Origin: an uncultured Tepidisphaeraceae bacterium
GTDB taxonomy: Bacteria > Planctomycetota > Phycisphaerae > Tepidisphaerales > Tepidisphaeraceae
Reading direction: 5' to 3'
Assembly: GCA_964570205.1 (NCBI GenBank)
Contig: CAZMXI010000004.1
Location: forward strand, 1 to 62,355
Length of the DNA stretch: 62,355 bases
The notes below the pieces were generated by a model that did not search any database, had not been told where the DNA came from, and saw only the letters and a list, made by a program, of their open reading frames with translations. Positions 1 to 9,020 of this stretch are shown in pieces; the stretch's first letter is position 1, and every line of letters starts with the position of its first letter. Both the position numbers and the translations under genes were made by a program.

Positions 1-134
1 CGCAAGCCTAACATGCGCCGTACTGCGCTACGCCTGGATTGAGGACGCTCTAGGAGAGCAGCAGGCAGTATTCACACGTTGGACTACCACAAGCCGATGA
101 TGTACCCTAGAGGTAGAGGCAAGAAGCGGACCAC

Positions 135-1235
135 ATGCTAACGCGCGTTGAAATCACGAACTATCGAGGCTTCAAGCAGTATCAGCTTGCAGGTCTGGCT
201 CAGGTGAACCTTTTGGTCGGCAAGAATAACAGCGGCAAGACCGCTCTCTTGGAGAGCATTCACTTGCTTGCGTCGGGAGGCGATCCTTCAGTCCTTGCCA
301 ACGCCGCTTCGCAGCGAGGCGAGGTTGTTCCCAGCGGCAGGGATGAGCCATCATTTCTCGATGTTTCACACTTCTTCTATGGGCACGATGTCCGGCCAGC
401 CTCGAAGTTTTCCATTAAGAGCGATAATGGACTCCCACCCGTGGCAGTGGAGGCCGTCCCACTAGGAGACACCGAACCCAGCCCAGGGCTGTTCGAGCAT
501 TCACGCACTTTACGTCCTGCCTTTGCCCTGAAGATCGAGGGCGGCCGATCGCGGCACAAGTCACAAAGAACGTTCTTCTTGTCCGAAGAAGGCGCTCTTC
601 TCCTCGACCCGCGCCGCCAAGTTCGTAGATACATTGGTGATGAGCTAGCCGAAGGTCCCCCGATTGTCTTCATTACACCTAACTCTCTTGTTCCCGCCGC
701 ACTGGGCCGCATGTGGCGTCCCATTATTAGTGCAAAGAAAGAGGCGGAGGTGTATCAGGCAATGCGTATTCTGGAGCCAGAGCTTGAAGACCTGGTCTTT
801 GAGCCTGGCGATTCAAGCTACCGGCCGTATAATTCGCGAGCGGGTATCGTCGTCGGCTTCAGAGGCGACCGGCGCCGCGTACCCTTGGGCAGTATGGGTG
901 ATGGTATGCGCCGGCTGCTCGCGCTGGCCATTTCGCTCATTCATGCTAGAGGCGGGTTCTTGATCATCGACGAGATTGACACCGGGTTCCACTACTCGAT
1001 CATGGCCAAGATGTGGGAGTTGGTCGTGGAGACAGCCAGCGCTCCAGGCACGCAGGTCTTTGCCACTACACACAGCTCAGACTGCATCAAAGGCTTGGGC
1101 ATACTCTGCAAGCGCAAACCGGAGTTGCAGGCCAAGGTCGCCGTGCACAAGATTGAGCGTAATATCGAGAGGAACATCGCGTTCACCGGTGCCGATGTCC
1201 TGAACGCCGTTGAGCAAGACATAGAGATCCGGTAA
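135..1235 (+). CDS. ABC/SMC-type AAA ATPase (AAA_21/AAA_15-like, OLD/AriA/AbiLi type)
   Basis: 366 aa. Walker A GKNNSGKT (res 29-36), signature-like LGSMGDGMRRLLAL (251-264), Walker B FLIIDEID (275-282) and ATTHS (310-314). Lower GC than its surroundings. Confidence 0.8.
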   Translation: MLTRVEITNYRGFKQYQLAGLAQVNLLVGKNNSGKTALLESIHLLASGGDPSVLANAASQRGEVVPSGRDEPSFLDVSHFFYGHDVRPASKFSIKSDNGLPPVAVEAVPLGDTEPSPGLFEHSRTLRPAFALKIEGGRSRHKSQRTFFLSEEGALLLDPRRQVRRYIGDELAEGPPIVFITPNSLVPAALGRMWRPIISAKKEAEVYQAMRILEPELEDLVFEPGDSSYRPYNSRAGIVVGFRGDRRRVPLGSMGDGMRRLLALAISLIHARGGFLIIDEIDTGFHYSIMAKMWELVVETASAPGTQVFATTHSSDCIKGLGILCKRKPELQAKVAVHKIERNIERNIAFTGADVLNAVEQDIEIR

Positions 1236-1882
1236 TGCCTGACTCTCTTGAAATGCCCGCACTGTACGTTGAGGGGGATTCCGACCTCCATACGATCGTT
1301 CACCTTGTCGGCCGACATGGAATCAAGCTCGACAAAGACATTGGGCCGGTCATCATCAAGAAGGCCAAGGGCGACCGTGGTGTCTTGGAGTCCATGCGTA
1401 CAGCTACCCGCGCCAGCACACTTCGCCCCGTCGGCTTCATCATTGATGCGGACAGGTCCGTTTCTCATCGCTGGCAGTCAGTGCGTGAGCATCTGGACGG
1501 CCTGGGCTTGATGTTCCCAAAGATGGCGCCTCTGGAAGGCTTCATCGGAGACTCGACGGAGACACGGTCGCGTGTTGGGGTGTGGATCATGCCTGACAAC
1601 AGAACTGACGAAGGCCGACTGGAGGATTTGGTGCAGACGTTGGTTCCCGCAAATGACAGCTTGATCGGACTGGCGCGATCTTCAACAGACCAGGCAATCA
1701 AGTCAGGTAGCAGGCTTCCCGCACAGGATCGGATTAAGGCGGAACTGCACTGCTGGCTGGCATGGCAGAAAGAACCCGGGTTATCGTTTGGCACGGCCCT
1801 CAAGGTGCGCTTCTTCTGCCACGACAGCGATATCGCCAATGCCTTCGTGGCTTGGTTCAAGCAGTTGTATGGCCTCGCCTGA
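1235..1882 (+). CDS. TOPRIM-like small protein (DUF3226/DUF4435/DUF4276-like), partner of the upstream ATPase
   Basis: 215 aa. Its ATG overlaps the ATPase stop (TAATG at 1233-1237). It carries YVEGDSD (Glu13) and IIDAD (Asp71/Asp73), then WIMPD..GRLEDLV, an E...DxD layout consistent with TOPRIM. Confidence 0.65.
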   Translation: MPDSLEMPALYVEGDSDLHTIVHLVGRHGIKLDKDIGPVIIKKAKGDRGVLESMRTATRASTLRPVGFIIDADRSVSHRWQSVREHLDGLGLMFPKMAPLEGFIGDSTETRSRVGVWIMPDNRTDEGRLEDLVQTLVPANDSLIGLARSSTDQAIKSGSRLPAQDRIKAELHCWLAWQKEPGLSFGTALKVRFFCHDSDIANAFVAWFKQLYGLA

Positions 1883-2153
1883 ACTTCTCGCAAGACAGGG
1901 CACGCTCACCCGTGTCACTTCTGGTGCGGGTTGTATGCGCGGGATACCCCAGAAAGTCAGCAGGTCACTCCCCGCCCCCGCAGATCTCATGCGCCAGGTC
2001 ATCACCCGCCGGCTTTCCCCGCAGCCGCTGTAGACCGCATATTGCGTACAAGCTCCCCCTTTTCCAGTGCCTGAAATTCCCGCTGACGTCAGATAATCCT
2101 TTTCCGCGCACCTGTTTGAGCCGACATATGCTTATAGGTTACGGAGATACTGC

Positions 2154-3326
2154 GTGCTCATAGTGCCCCTGGAAGAAGCTCGTCCCGGCATGACGCTGGC
2201 CGCGCCCGTTGCGCACCCGCAGAACCCCAACCAGGACCTGTTGCGCAGCGGCTACACACTCGAGCCCACCGTGCTCCGCCGGATGTGCGAGATGGGCATC
2301 CCTTTTGTATACGTCGATTTTCCGGGCCTTGAATCGCTCGACAAGCACCTGGCTGTCCACCTCAGCCCCGCTCGGCAGGCGGTCTATCGCCAGATCCGCC
2401 AGTCCATCACCGAAGTCCAGCGGCAGACCCGCCCCGCCATCCCGTATGACGCCTATGTCAGCAACACCCGAGCCCTCGTCGACACCCTGCTCACCCAGGG
2501 CCAGAACCCCATCTACCTCGACCAGATGTCACGACAGGGCGGCGACGCCGTCGCCCACGCCGCGGCCGTCGCCCATCTATCCCTCCTCCTCGGCATCAAG
2601 CTCGAACAGTATCTCATTGACCAGCGATCTCGTCTTCCAGCCTACCGCGCCCGCGACGTCGTCAACCTCGGCATCGCCGGCATGCTTCACGACATTGGCA
2701 TGGGGAAACTCCCCGAGGAACTTCAGAATCACGCCGAGCCCGATCCACCCGAGGATGACAAGCGACTGGCCGACTGGCAATCCCACGCCCAGATCGGCTA
2801 TGACCTGATCCATAACGGTGTCGAAGCTTCGGCCGCCGCTGCCGTCTATCAGCACCATCAACACTACGCCGGCGGCGGCTTCCCCGCCATGATTTGCACC
2901 GATGGCACCCATCGGCAGATGGCCGGCGAGAAGATCCACGTCTTTGCGCGCATCATCCTGTGCGCCAATCTGTACGATCGGCTGTCAGCGCCCGCGCGAG
3001 GTCAACCGCGCCGGACCAACCGCCAGGTCATGCGCCTGATGCACGGCACATATGCCGACTGGTGCGACCCGCAGGTCCTTCGGACGTTACAGTCCATCGC
3101 CCCGGCTTACCCGCCTGGATCCAAAGTGCGCCTTTCGGACGGCACCCGCGCCGTGGTCATGGATGTGAACCCCCATGCCCCCGGCCAGCCTATCGTCCGT
3201 CGCCTTGACAAGGACAACTGGACCCTGTTGTCCAAATCCATCGATCTCGCCGTCCCCGAAGCTCCGAAGATCGTCGATGATACCGACGATGACGCCGAAT
3301 CCCCCTCCCATGCTTACGCCGCTTGA
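2154..3326 (+). CDS. HD-GYP-type HD-domain phosphohydrolase with a degenerate GYP motif
   Basis: 390 aa, GTG start with GGAGA 8 nt upstream. LHDIGMGKLP (HD at res 179-180). The expected HHExxDGxGYP reads HHQHYAGGGFP (res 234-244). Confidence 0.8.
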   Translation: MLIVPLEEARPGMTLAAPVAHPQNPNQDLLRSGYTLEPTVLRRMCEMGIPFVYVDFPGLESLDKHLAVHLSPARQAVYRQIRQSITEVQRQTRPAIPYDAYVSNTRALVDTLLTQGQNPIYLDQMSRQGGDAVAHAAAVAHLSLLLGIKLEQYLIDQRSRLPAYRARDVVNLGIAGMLHDIGMGKLPEELQNHAEPDPPEDDKRLADWQSHAQIGYDLIHNGVEASAAAAVYQHHQHYAGGGFPAMICTDGTHRQMAGEKIHVFARIILCANLYDRLSAPARGQPRRTNRQVMRLMHGTYADWCDPQVLRTLQSIAPAYPPGSKVRLSDGTRAVVMDVNPHAPGQPIVRRLDKDNWTLLSKSIDLAVPEAPKIVDDTDDDAESPSHAYAA

Positions 3327-3346
3327 TCGGCTGCAAGCTCCGCTCT

Positions 3347-3712
3347 CTACCGCTGCCTCTGCCCGGCCTCTCGCCACTCCACGCGTTTGGCGTCGCCCCA
3401 GAGGCCTTCCAAATCGTAATAGTCGCGGGCGCTCTCATTGAACACGTGAACGATCACATCCACGAAGTCCACCAAGATCCACGTGTCCCCTTCATAGCCG
3501 GCCCGGGACATGGGCTGCCACTGACGCTCGGCCGCCAGTTCTTCCACCTCGTCCACCACGGTTCGCATCTGCCGGGCGCTCGTGCCGGTGCCGATGACGA
3601 AAAAATCCGTCACGGGCGATGACTTTCGCACATCCAGCACGACGACGTTCTGGCACCGCGTGTTGGCCGCCAGCCGGGCGGCTTCGATCGCAAACTCCCG
3701 CGCTGCCGTCAC
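3347..3712 (-). CDS. rsfS: ribosome silencing factor RsfS (iojap family)
   Basis: 121 aa. VVVLDVRKSSPVTDFFVIGTGTSARQ...WILVDFVDVIVHVF...YYDLEGLWGDA is the typical RsfS pattern. Confidence 0.9.
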   Translation of the reverse strand: MTAAREFAIEAARLAANTRCQNVVVLDVRKSSPVTDFFVIGTGTSARQMRTVVDEVEELAAERQWQPMSRAGYEGDTWILVDFVDVIVHVFNESARDYYDLEGLWGDAKRVEWREAGQRQR

Positions 3713-3841
3713 CCGGTCAGCCCGAGCGGGCTCTTGGGTCTGGGTCTTGATATTCCACCTCCGGCGGTTGCGCCGTCTTTCCTTTCCGCAAATCCAGTTC
3801 CGTACACCGTATTGTGAATTATACTGCCGAATTCGGGCAAG

Positions 3842-4231
3842 TTATTCGCCCCGCATTCCGATTGCGCTGGCCGTGGCATGGGTCACGATATGGCTGATGC
3901 TGACGTGCCAGCGGCTGATGCCCAGCCCGGTCGCGATCCGCAGGCACTCGCCCGTGAGGGCCACCTTGGGCTGGCCCGACGGCTCGGAAATGATCTCGAT
4001 GTCCGTCCAGGCGATGCCCCCCCGCCAGCCGGTGCCCAGCACCTTCAGAACCGCCTCTTTGGCCGCGAACCGCCCGGACAGGTGCTCGATGTAGCGCTTG
4101 GGGTTGCGGGAGCAATAGGCCTGCTCCGATGCCGTGTAGCATCGGTCGAGAAACCGCTGCCCGTGATCCTCCAGCAGCCTGGCGATCCGGGCGGTCTCGA
4201 CGATGTCGATGCCGTGACCCAGGATGGGCAT
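3842..4231 (-). CDS. acpS: holo-[acyl-carrier-protein] synthase
   Basis: 129 aa. ILGHGIDIVE...FAAKEAVLKVLGTG are the AcpS hallmark motifs. It lies 3 nt downstream of lysC. Confidence 0.9.
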   Translation of the reverse strand: MPILGHGIDIVETARIARLLEDHGQRFLDRCYTASEQAYCSRNPKRYIEHLSGRFAAKEAVLKVLGTGWRGGIAWTDIEIISEPSGQPKVALTGECLRIATGLGISRWHVSISHIVTHATASAIGMRGE

Positions 4232-4234
4232 TGG

Positions 4235-5476
4235 CTACCTGGCCTTGTCCAGCTCGAATGCCTCGTGGACGATCTGAAGGGCCTTGGCTCCGTCATCCCT
4301 GCCGATGATGCAACTGATCTTGATTTCGCTGGTGGTGATGTTCTGGATGTTCACGCCCGCCTTCGCCAGGGCGCTGAACATCCTGTTGGCCACGCCAGTG
4401 TGGACGCGCATGCCGACCCCGACCACGCTCACCTTCGCCAGATCGCCCTGGAAGGTGGCCTGCGTGCCCGCGTTCAGGTCGCCGATGATCCGATCCATCA
4501 CTTTCTTCAGGTCGGCCAGGTCGCCCTTCTCGACCGTGAACGAGATGTTGGCCGTATTGTCATCCATCACGTTTTGGATGATGTCATCGACCACGACGTT
4601 GGCGGCGGCAATGTCGCCGAATATCTTGGCGGCGATGCCCGGGCGGTCCGGCACGCCCTTGATGGTGACTCGAGTCAGGTCCTTCTTCAGTGCAGCGCCG
4701 GATACGACAATGTGTTCCATGTTCCGTGTCTCCGCGACGATCCAGGTCCCTTCGTTTTCGTTCTGGCTGTTGCGGACGTGGATCGGGACGTTGTATTTCT
4801 TGGCGAATTCGACAGCGCGGGTCTGGAGCACGCTGGCGCCCAGCCCCGACAGCTCCAGCATCTCGTCATAGCTGATGCGGTCGATCTTGCGGGCGTTGGG
4901 CACGATGCGCGGGTCGGCCGTGAAGATGCCGTCGACGTCGGTGTAGTTCTCGCACACGTCGGCCTTCAGCACAGCGCCCAGGGCGACCAGCGTCGCGTTC
5001 GAGCCGCCGCGGCCCAGCGTCGTGTAGTCGCCCTCGGGGGTGATCCCCTGGAAGCCGGCCACGATGACGATCCTGCCCTGGTGAAGCTGCTCGAAGATGC
5101 GCTGCTTGTTGATCGACTGGATGCGAGCCTTGCTGAATGCCTCGTCGGTGATCAGCCCGATCTGCCCACCGGTGAAGCTGATCGCCTGATGGCCCTGGGC
5201 ATGGATGGCCATTGCCATCAGGGCGATGGTGATCTGCTCGCCGGTCACCAGGAGCTGGTCCATCTCGCGCTTGGGCGGGACGGTGTTGCGGCCGCCGTGC
5301 TGGCAGACCTGGTTGGCCAGGTCGATCAGCTCATCGGTCGTATGCCCCATGGCGCTGACGACGACGGCGACATGATGGCCCTTCTCCTTGGCGGCAATCG
5401 CCCGACGGGCGGCCAGGTGAATGCGTTCGGCGTCGGCGACGCTGGTGCCGCCGAATTTCTGTACGATCAAGCCCAC
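4235..5476 (-). CDS. lysC: aspartate kinase
   Basis: 413 aa, GTG start. GLIVQKFGGTSVADAERI...VVVSAMGHTTDELI, with C-terminal ACT-like repeats. Confidence 0.95.
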   Translation of the reverse strand: MGLIVQKFGGTSVADAERIHLAARRAIAAKEKGHHVAVVVSAMGHTTDELIDLANQVCQHGGRNTVPPKREMDQLLVTGEQITIALMAMAIHAQGHQAISFTGGQIGLITDEAFSKARIQSINKQRIFEQLHQGRIVIVAGFQGITPEGDYTTLGRGGSNATLVALGAVLKADVCENYTDVDGIFTADPRIVPNARKIDRISYDEMLELSGLGASVLQTRAVEFAKKYNVPIHVRNSQNENEGTWIVAETRNMEHIVVSGAALKKDLTRVTIKGVPDRPGIAAKIFGDIAAANVVVDDIIQNVMDDNTANISFTVEKGDLADLKKVMDRIIGDLNAGTQATFQGDLAKVSVVGVGMRVHTGVANRMFSALAKAGVNIQNITTSEIKISCIIGRDDGAKALQIVHEAFELDKAR

Positions 5477-5508
5477 AGTGCAACTCCATTCGTCCAGAGA
5501 AGGCGGTG

Positions 5509-5514
5509 ATTATA
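5509..5514 (-). promoter_or_regulatory. candidate -10 box (TATAAT inside the palindrome ATTATAAT) upstream of lysC
   Basis: Perfect TATAAT on the minus strand, 33-38 nt upstream of the lysC GTG. GGAG lies 7 nt before the start. No clear -35 box. Confidence 0.25.
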
Positions 5515-5560
5515 ATGACCCGGCGCGATCCCACAACGGCCGGCGTCTTGCGGCGCAGCA

Positions 5561-5594
5561 GAGCGCCGCGGCCAAACAACCCGCCGCGGCGCTC
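5561..5594 (-). terminator. perfect 12-bp GC-rich hairpin between sod and lysC (terminator-like, no U tract)
   Basis: Arms GAGCGCCGCGGC (5561-5572) and GCCGCGGCGCTC (5583-5594), 10-nt loop. It lies 27 nt downstream of the sod stop. Confidence 0.35.
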
Positions 5595-5620
5595 ATGTTG
5601 AGGCCAAGCTTCCACGCCGG

Positions 5621-6238
5621 CTACCTCGCGCTGTTGAACCTCTCCTCAGCGACTCGCCAGTTGAGGACATTCCACCAGGCTGCCAGGTAATCGGCCCGGC
5701 GGTTCTGGTATTTCAGGTAATAGGCGTGCTCCCAGACATCGACGCCGATGACGGGGAAGGCGGCATCCATCACCGGCGAATCCTGGTTGGCGGTGGAGAT
5801 GATCTCGACCTGGCCACCGCGTTTGATGAGCCACGCCCAGCCGGACCCGAAGCGGGTCATGCCGGCCTGCTGGAGCTGTACCTTGAACTGATCGAAGCCG
5901 CCGAAGGCGGTGTTGATGGCGTTGGCGAGGTTGCCAACGGGGGCGGCAGCGCGGTCTCGGGGGTCCATGATCTGCCAGAACATGGTGTGGTTGATGTGCC
6001 CGCCACCGTTGTTGCGAACCGCGGTGCGGATATTCTCGGGAACAATGGCGCAGTTGTTGGCGAGGAGGTCTTCGATGGGCTTGCCGTCGAGGTTGGGCGC
6101 GCTTTCGGCAATGGCCTTGTTCAGATTCTGTACGTAGGCCGCGTGGTGCTTGCCGTGGTGGATTTCCATGGTCATCTTGTCGATGTGCGGCTCGAGGGCG
6201 TCGGGGGCGTAGGGCAATGGGGGAAGCGTATAAGGCAT
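5621..6238 (-). CDS. Fe/Mn superoxide dismutase
   Basis: 205 aa. [30 protein letters not shown]...[16 protein letters not shown] cannot distinguish Fe from Mn type by eye. Confidence 0.95.
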   Translation of the reverse strand: MPYTLPPLPYAPDALEPHIDKMTMEIHHGKHHAAYVQNLNKAIAESAPNLDGKPIEDLLANNCAIVPENIRTAVRNNGGGHINHTMFWQIMDPRDRAAAPVGNLANAINTAFGGFDQFKVQLQQAGMTRFGSGWAWLIKRGGQVEIISTANQDSPVMDAAFPVIGVDVWEHAYYLKYQNRRADYLAAWWNVLNWRVAEERFNSAR

Positions 6239-6356
6239 GGTGATCTCCTTTAGTACCGACTCAGTGCTGAATCTGCTCTTTGGCCGTACGTTAGGTGCCT
6301 CACGCGAGGAAAGTCAAACCGCGCCGAGCCAGCCAAGGCGTGATAAACTGGGACTT

Positions 6357-6563
6357 ATGTGGGCGATCTACTGGAAGCGGTTCTGGATCACGCAGGGGTT
6401 TATCCTGGTGATGGCGGCGGTGCTGCGGTTCTATTTTGAACGGCCGCCGTCGTTTGTGTTGGCGGTGTTCGTGATGATGCAGGTCGCGGCCATCTGGGGG
6501 GCATGGTGGGGGCATCGACTGGGGCTGAGGATGAACGAAAGGGATGGAGAAGACCGGCGGTAG
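6357..6563 (+). CDS. small two-TM membrane protein (hypothetical)
   Basis: 68 aa taken from an internal ATG of ORF 6237..6563. Two hydrophobic helices and high GC3, but a weak SD. Confidence 0.4.
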   Translation: MWAIYWKRFWITQGFILVMAAVLRFYFERPPSFVLAVFVMMQVAAIWGAWWGHRLGLRMNERDGEDRR

Positions 6564-6854
6564 CCAAGGCGCTTGGGGCGACGACGAGCACGGAGAAGCA
6601 GCGCGGCCGAGGGAGAAATCGGACCCCTCCTGCTCATCTGTTCGGGGCTCTTCGGGCACCCGTGGGCAATCTGAACACATGATGGATCGGGTACCGGTCT
6701 TTCCTTATCCCCACGGAATCCCTAGGGGAAAACCCTATGACCAAATAGTGGAATAAAGCCCGTTCACAAATACGGCGTTGCAAGCATATGCTGATTGATT
6801 GGGTTCCCCGTGATCGGGGAGTGCGGTGGTCACAGGCAGTAAAGGAAGGGTATT

Positions 6855-7595
6855 ATGAGCACTTCGCGCAAGTTGTTGTTTGCGTTTGCGGCGTCGGCCG
6901 CGCCGTTGACGGCATCCGCGGCAACCGTGGGTCCGCCGGCCTGGTTGGACGTGTCGGCAGGCGGGCAGTCACATCGATGGGAGGTCAGGGAGGGCAAGAA
7001 CGAGCATGGGATGCCGATCTGGGTGATTGACCAGTCCTCCTGGAAAACAGACGAGTTTGAGATCACGGTCTCGGCCGAACTCGATCCCGACCCGTTCATC
7101 GCTTATGGGATAGCGGTGGTGGATTTCGGGGCGCCGAGCGCGTTCGGATTCAGCTTCGGCACACCGATCGTGTCGGTGGGCACGCCGAACGTGGTGTCGG
7201 GGTCTTTGGTGGGCGGCCTGACGGATGCGACGGGGGATGGAATAGCTCTAACACCGACACTGGCGTCGGGCTTCGTGCAGGAAGCGTCGGTCAGCGCGCC
7301 GTCGACAAGCATGGGGGTGGATGTGGGCGCGGCATTGGCAGCGGGGCCGGGGGCACCGGGCGCCTTCTATGCCTATGGGCCGTATGCGACAGGTTCGATC
7401 GCGGGCCCGGGACCCGGGCCGTGGACGTTCCTGACCGTAACAACGGGGTTTTCGTTGTCGGGCGGTGGCGATGTGGCGGCGTTAACCGGATTCGCAAGCA
7501 TCGATCCGGTGGCGGTGCCGACGCCATCGGCGATGGCCGGAGGATTGGCCTTGTTGGGCGGCCTTGTGGCGTATCGACGGCGTCGCGGCCAATGA
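6855..7595 (+). CDS. PEP-CTERM sorting-domain secreted protein
   Basis: 246 aa. Signal peptide LLFAFAASAAPLTASA. The C-terminus VPTPSAMAGGLALLGGLVAYRRRRGQ is a PEP-like motif followed by a TM helix and an Arg cluster. SD AAGGAAGG lies upstream. Confidence 0.85.
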   Translation: MSTSRKLLFAFAASAAPLTASAATVGPPAWLDVSAGGQSHRWEVREGKNEHGMPIWVIDQSSWKTDEFEITVSAELDPDPFIAYGIAVVDFGAPSAFGFSFGTPIVSVGTPNVVSGSLVGGLTDATGDGIALTPTLASGFVQEASVSAPSTSMGVDVGAALAAGPGAPGAFYAYGPYATGSIAGPGPGPWTFLTVTTGFSLSGGGDVAALTGFASIDPVAVPTPSAMAGGLALLGGLVAYRRRRGQ

Positions 7596-7622
7596 GGCTG
7601 GTTGTGCAATCGGCTAGTTGAT

Positions 7623-7657
7623 GACCCACGGAACCTGCGGGATCCGTGGGTCTTTTC
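7623..7657 (+). terminator. rho-independent terminator after the PEP-CTERM gene
   Basis: 10-bp stem GACCCACGGA / TCCGTGGGTC, 10-nt loop, followed by TTTTC. Confidence 0.6.
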
Positions 7658-7737
7658 GCGGGCGGTAAGGGAAAGGGAGGATAAGGTGGGCATCTCGGCC
7701 CGCCAGCAGTCATCGCGACGAAAGAACAGGCCGACCT

Positions 7738-8784
7738 TCAGAGGGCGGCCGGGTGGGCGGCGAGGAGTTCATCGACGACATCGCGGAGGGTGATGATGCC
7801 TTCGATGCCGCCGTATTCATCCACCACGAACATCATCTGCGTGTTCTGCTCACGGAAGGCGGTCAGGAGGCGGTCGACGGGAAGCGTTTCGGGGATGAAG
7901 ACGGCTTTGAGGGCAATCAGCGAAAGCACGCTCACATCGGCCGCATCCTCGCAAGCGGCGAGGAATTCCCGTGTGCGGATCACGCCGATGACATGATCCA
8001 GCCCGCCGTCGCATAGGGGAAGGCGGCTGTAGAGGTGCTCTTCCATGATCTCGCGGTTCTTCTGGATTGACCAGCGCATGTCCAGAGAGACCACCTCCTT
8101 TCGGGGCACCATGATCTGCCGGGCGGTGCGCTTGCCCAGGGCAAGCGTATTGAGGATCACATCGCGTTCGCGCTGATCGAGCTGGCCGTCGGCCGCCGCC
8201 TGTCTCGTCAGGTACATGATGTCCTGTGGCGTGGCCAATTCCCGCTCCATATCCTGTACTCGGCCGAGCCCAAGGGGGCGAGTCACGAGGTTGGCCAGGG
8301 CATTCATGAGCCACACGAGGGGTCTGATGAGGCGGCCGATGGCGAGGATGGGCACCGCGGTAAGGACGGCCACGGGCGGCGCGCTGCGAAGGGTCAGCGC
8401 CTTGGGCAGCAGTTCACTGAAGACCACGGTGAGAAGCGTTACCACGACGAAGCTGAGGAGCGTGGCCAGGGGCGTGAATACCACACCGGGAATATGTGCG
8501 GCCAGCGGGCCGAGCGCCGCATGCAGGAGGCGGGACATGGCAGGCTCGCCGATCCATCCGAGCAGCAGGTTGGTCATGGTGATGCAGACCTGGATGGCTC
8601 CGATGGAGTCGGCCGGCCGAGTCTTCATGGCCGACATGGCGGCGGCCGACCCGCGCCAGCCTCGTTGTCTAAGTTGTTCGATCTGGACATCACGAATGGC
8701 GACAAGGGCGTACTCGGCCGCGACGAAAAACGCGTTCATGAGGATCAACAGGGGCAGCGCCGGCAAGGAGTACTCAAGGGGCAT
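7738..8784 (-). CDS. CNNM/DUF21 + CBS-pair transporter-family protein (HlyC/CorC-like, no C-terminal CorC_HlyC domain apparent)
   Basis: Start moved to MPLEYSLPALPLLILMNAFFVAAEYALVAIR, the typical DUF21 N-terminus. Ends ...FVVDEYGGIEGIITLRDVV. Confidence 0.85.
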   Translation of the reverse strand: MPLEYSLPALPLLILMNAFFVAAEYALVAIRDVQIEQLRQRGWRGSAAAMSAMKTRPADSIGAIQVCITMTNLLLGWIGEPAMSRLLHAALGPLAAHIPGVVFTPLATLLSFVVVTLLTVVFSELLPKALTLRSAPPVAVLTAVPILAIGRLIRPLVWLMNALANLVTRPLGLGRVQDMERELATPQDIMYLTRQAAADGQLDQRERDVILNTLALGKRTARQIMVPRKEVVSLDMRWSIQKNREIMEEHLYSRLPLCDGGLDHVIGVIRTREFLAACEDAADVSVLSLIALKAVFIPETLPVDRLLTAFREQNTQMMFVVDEYGGIEGIITLRDVVDELLAAHPAAL

Positions 8785-9020
8785 CACCACTGGATTGTAC
8801 ACCGAGAACAAGGCCAGGCGGATGGCGCGGCCGGCAGATGGCCGTCCGGCAACAGCGTAATGCTGTTTGCATTGGGCAGAGCTACTAACCATCTGCTTTG
8901 AAGGGGATTGGACGCAGATCGCGCTGTCGGGGGCAGGCGCGAAGCTTGTGAAGGGACGGTCTGTTCACGTAACATGCGGCCGGGAATGGCGATGGAATAA
9001 AAAACCGGGCTGGAGGCGGT

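Noticed and set aside
3878-5509. 543-aa plus-strand ORF
   Set aside because: It is antisense to acpS and aspartate kinase and has a low-complexity D/G/A/L/V/R composition. I apply the same reasoning to 26379-28091, 29241-30698, 36026-37801, 37546-38775, 41545-43095, 52616-53941, 53830-55017 and 56395-57585 (all minus strand), and to 28470-29183 (the plus-strand upstream part of the epimerase ORF).
6306-6315. GAGGAAAGTC, resembling the RNase P RNA P4 motif GAGGAAAGUCC
   Set aside because: The flanking 600 nt lack the other universally conserved RNase P blocks (GGUAAGGGUGAAAGGGUG and ACAGAACCCGGCUUA-like). The match is most likely chance.
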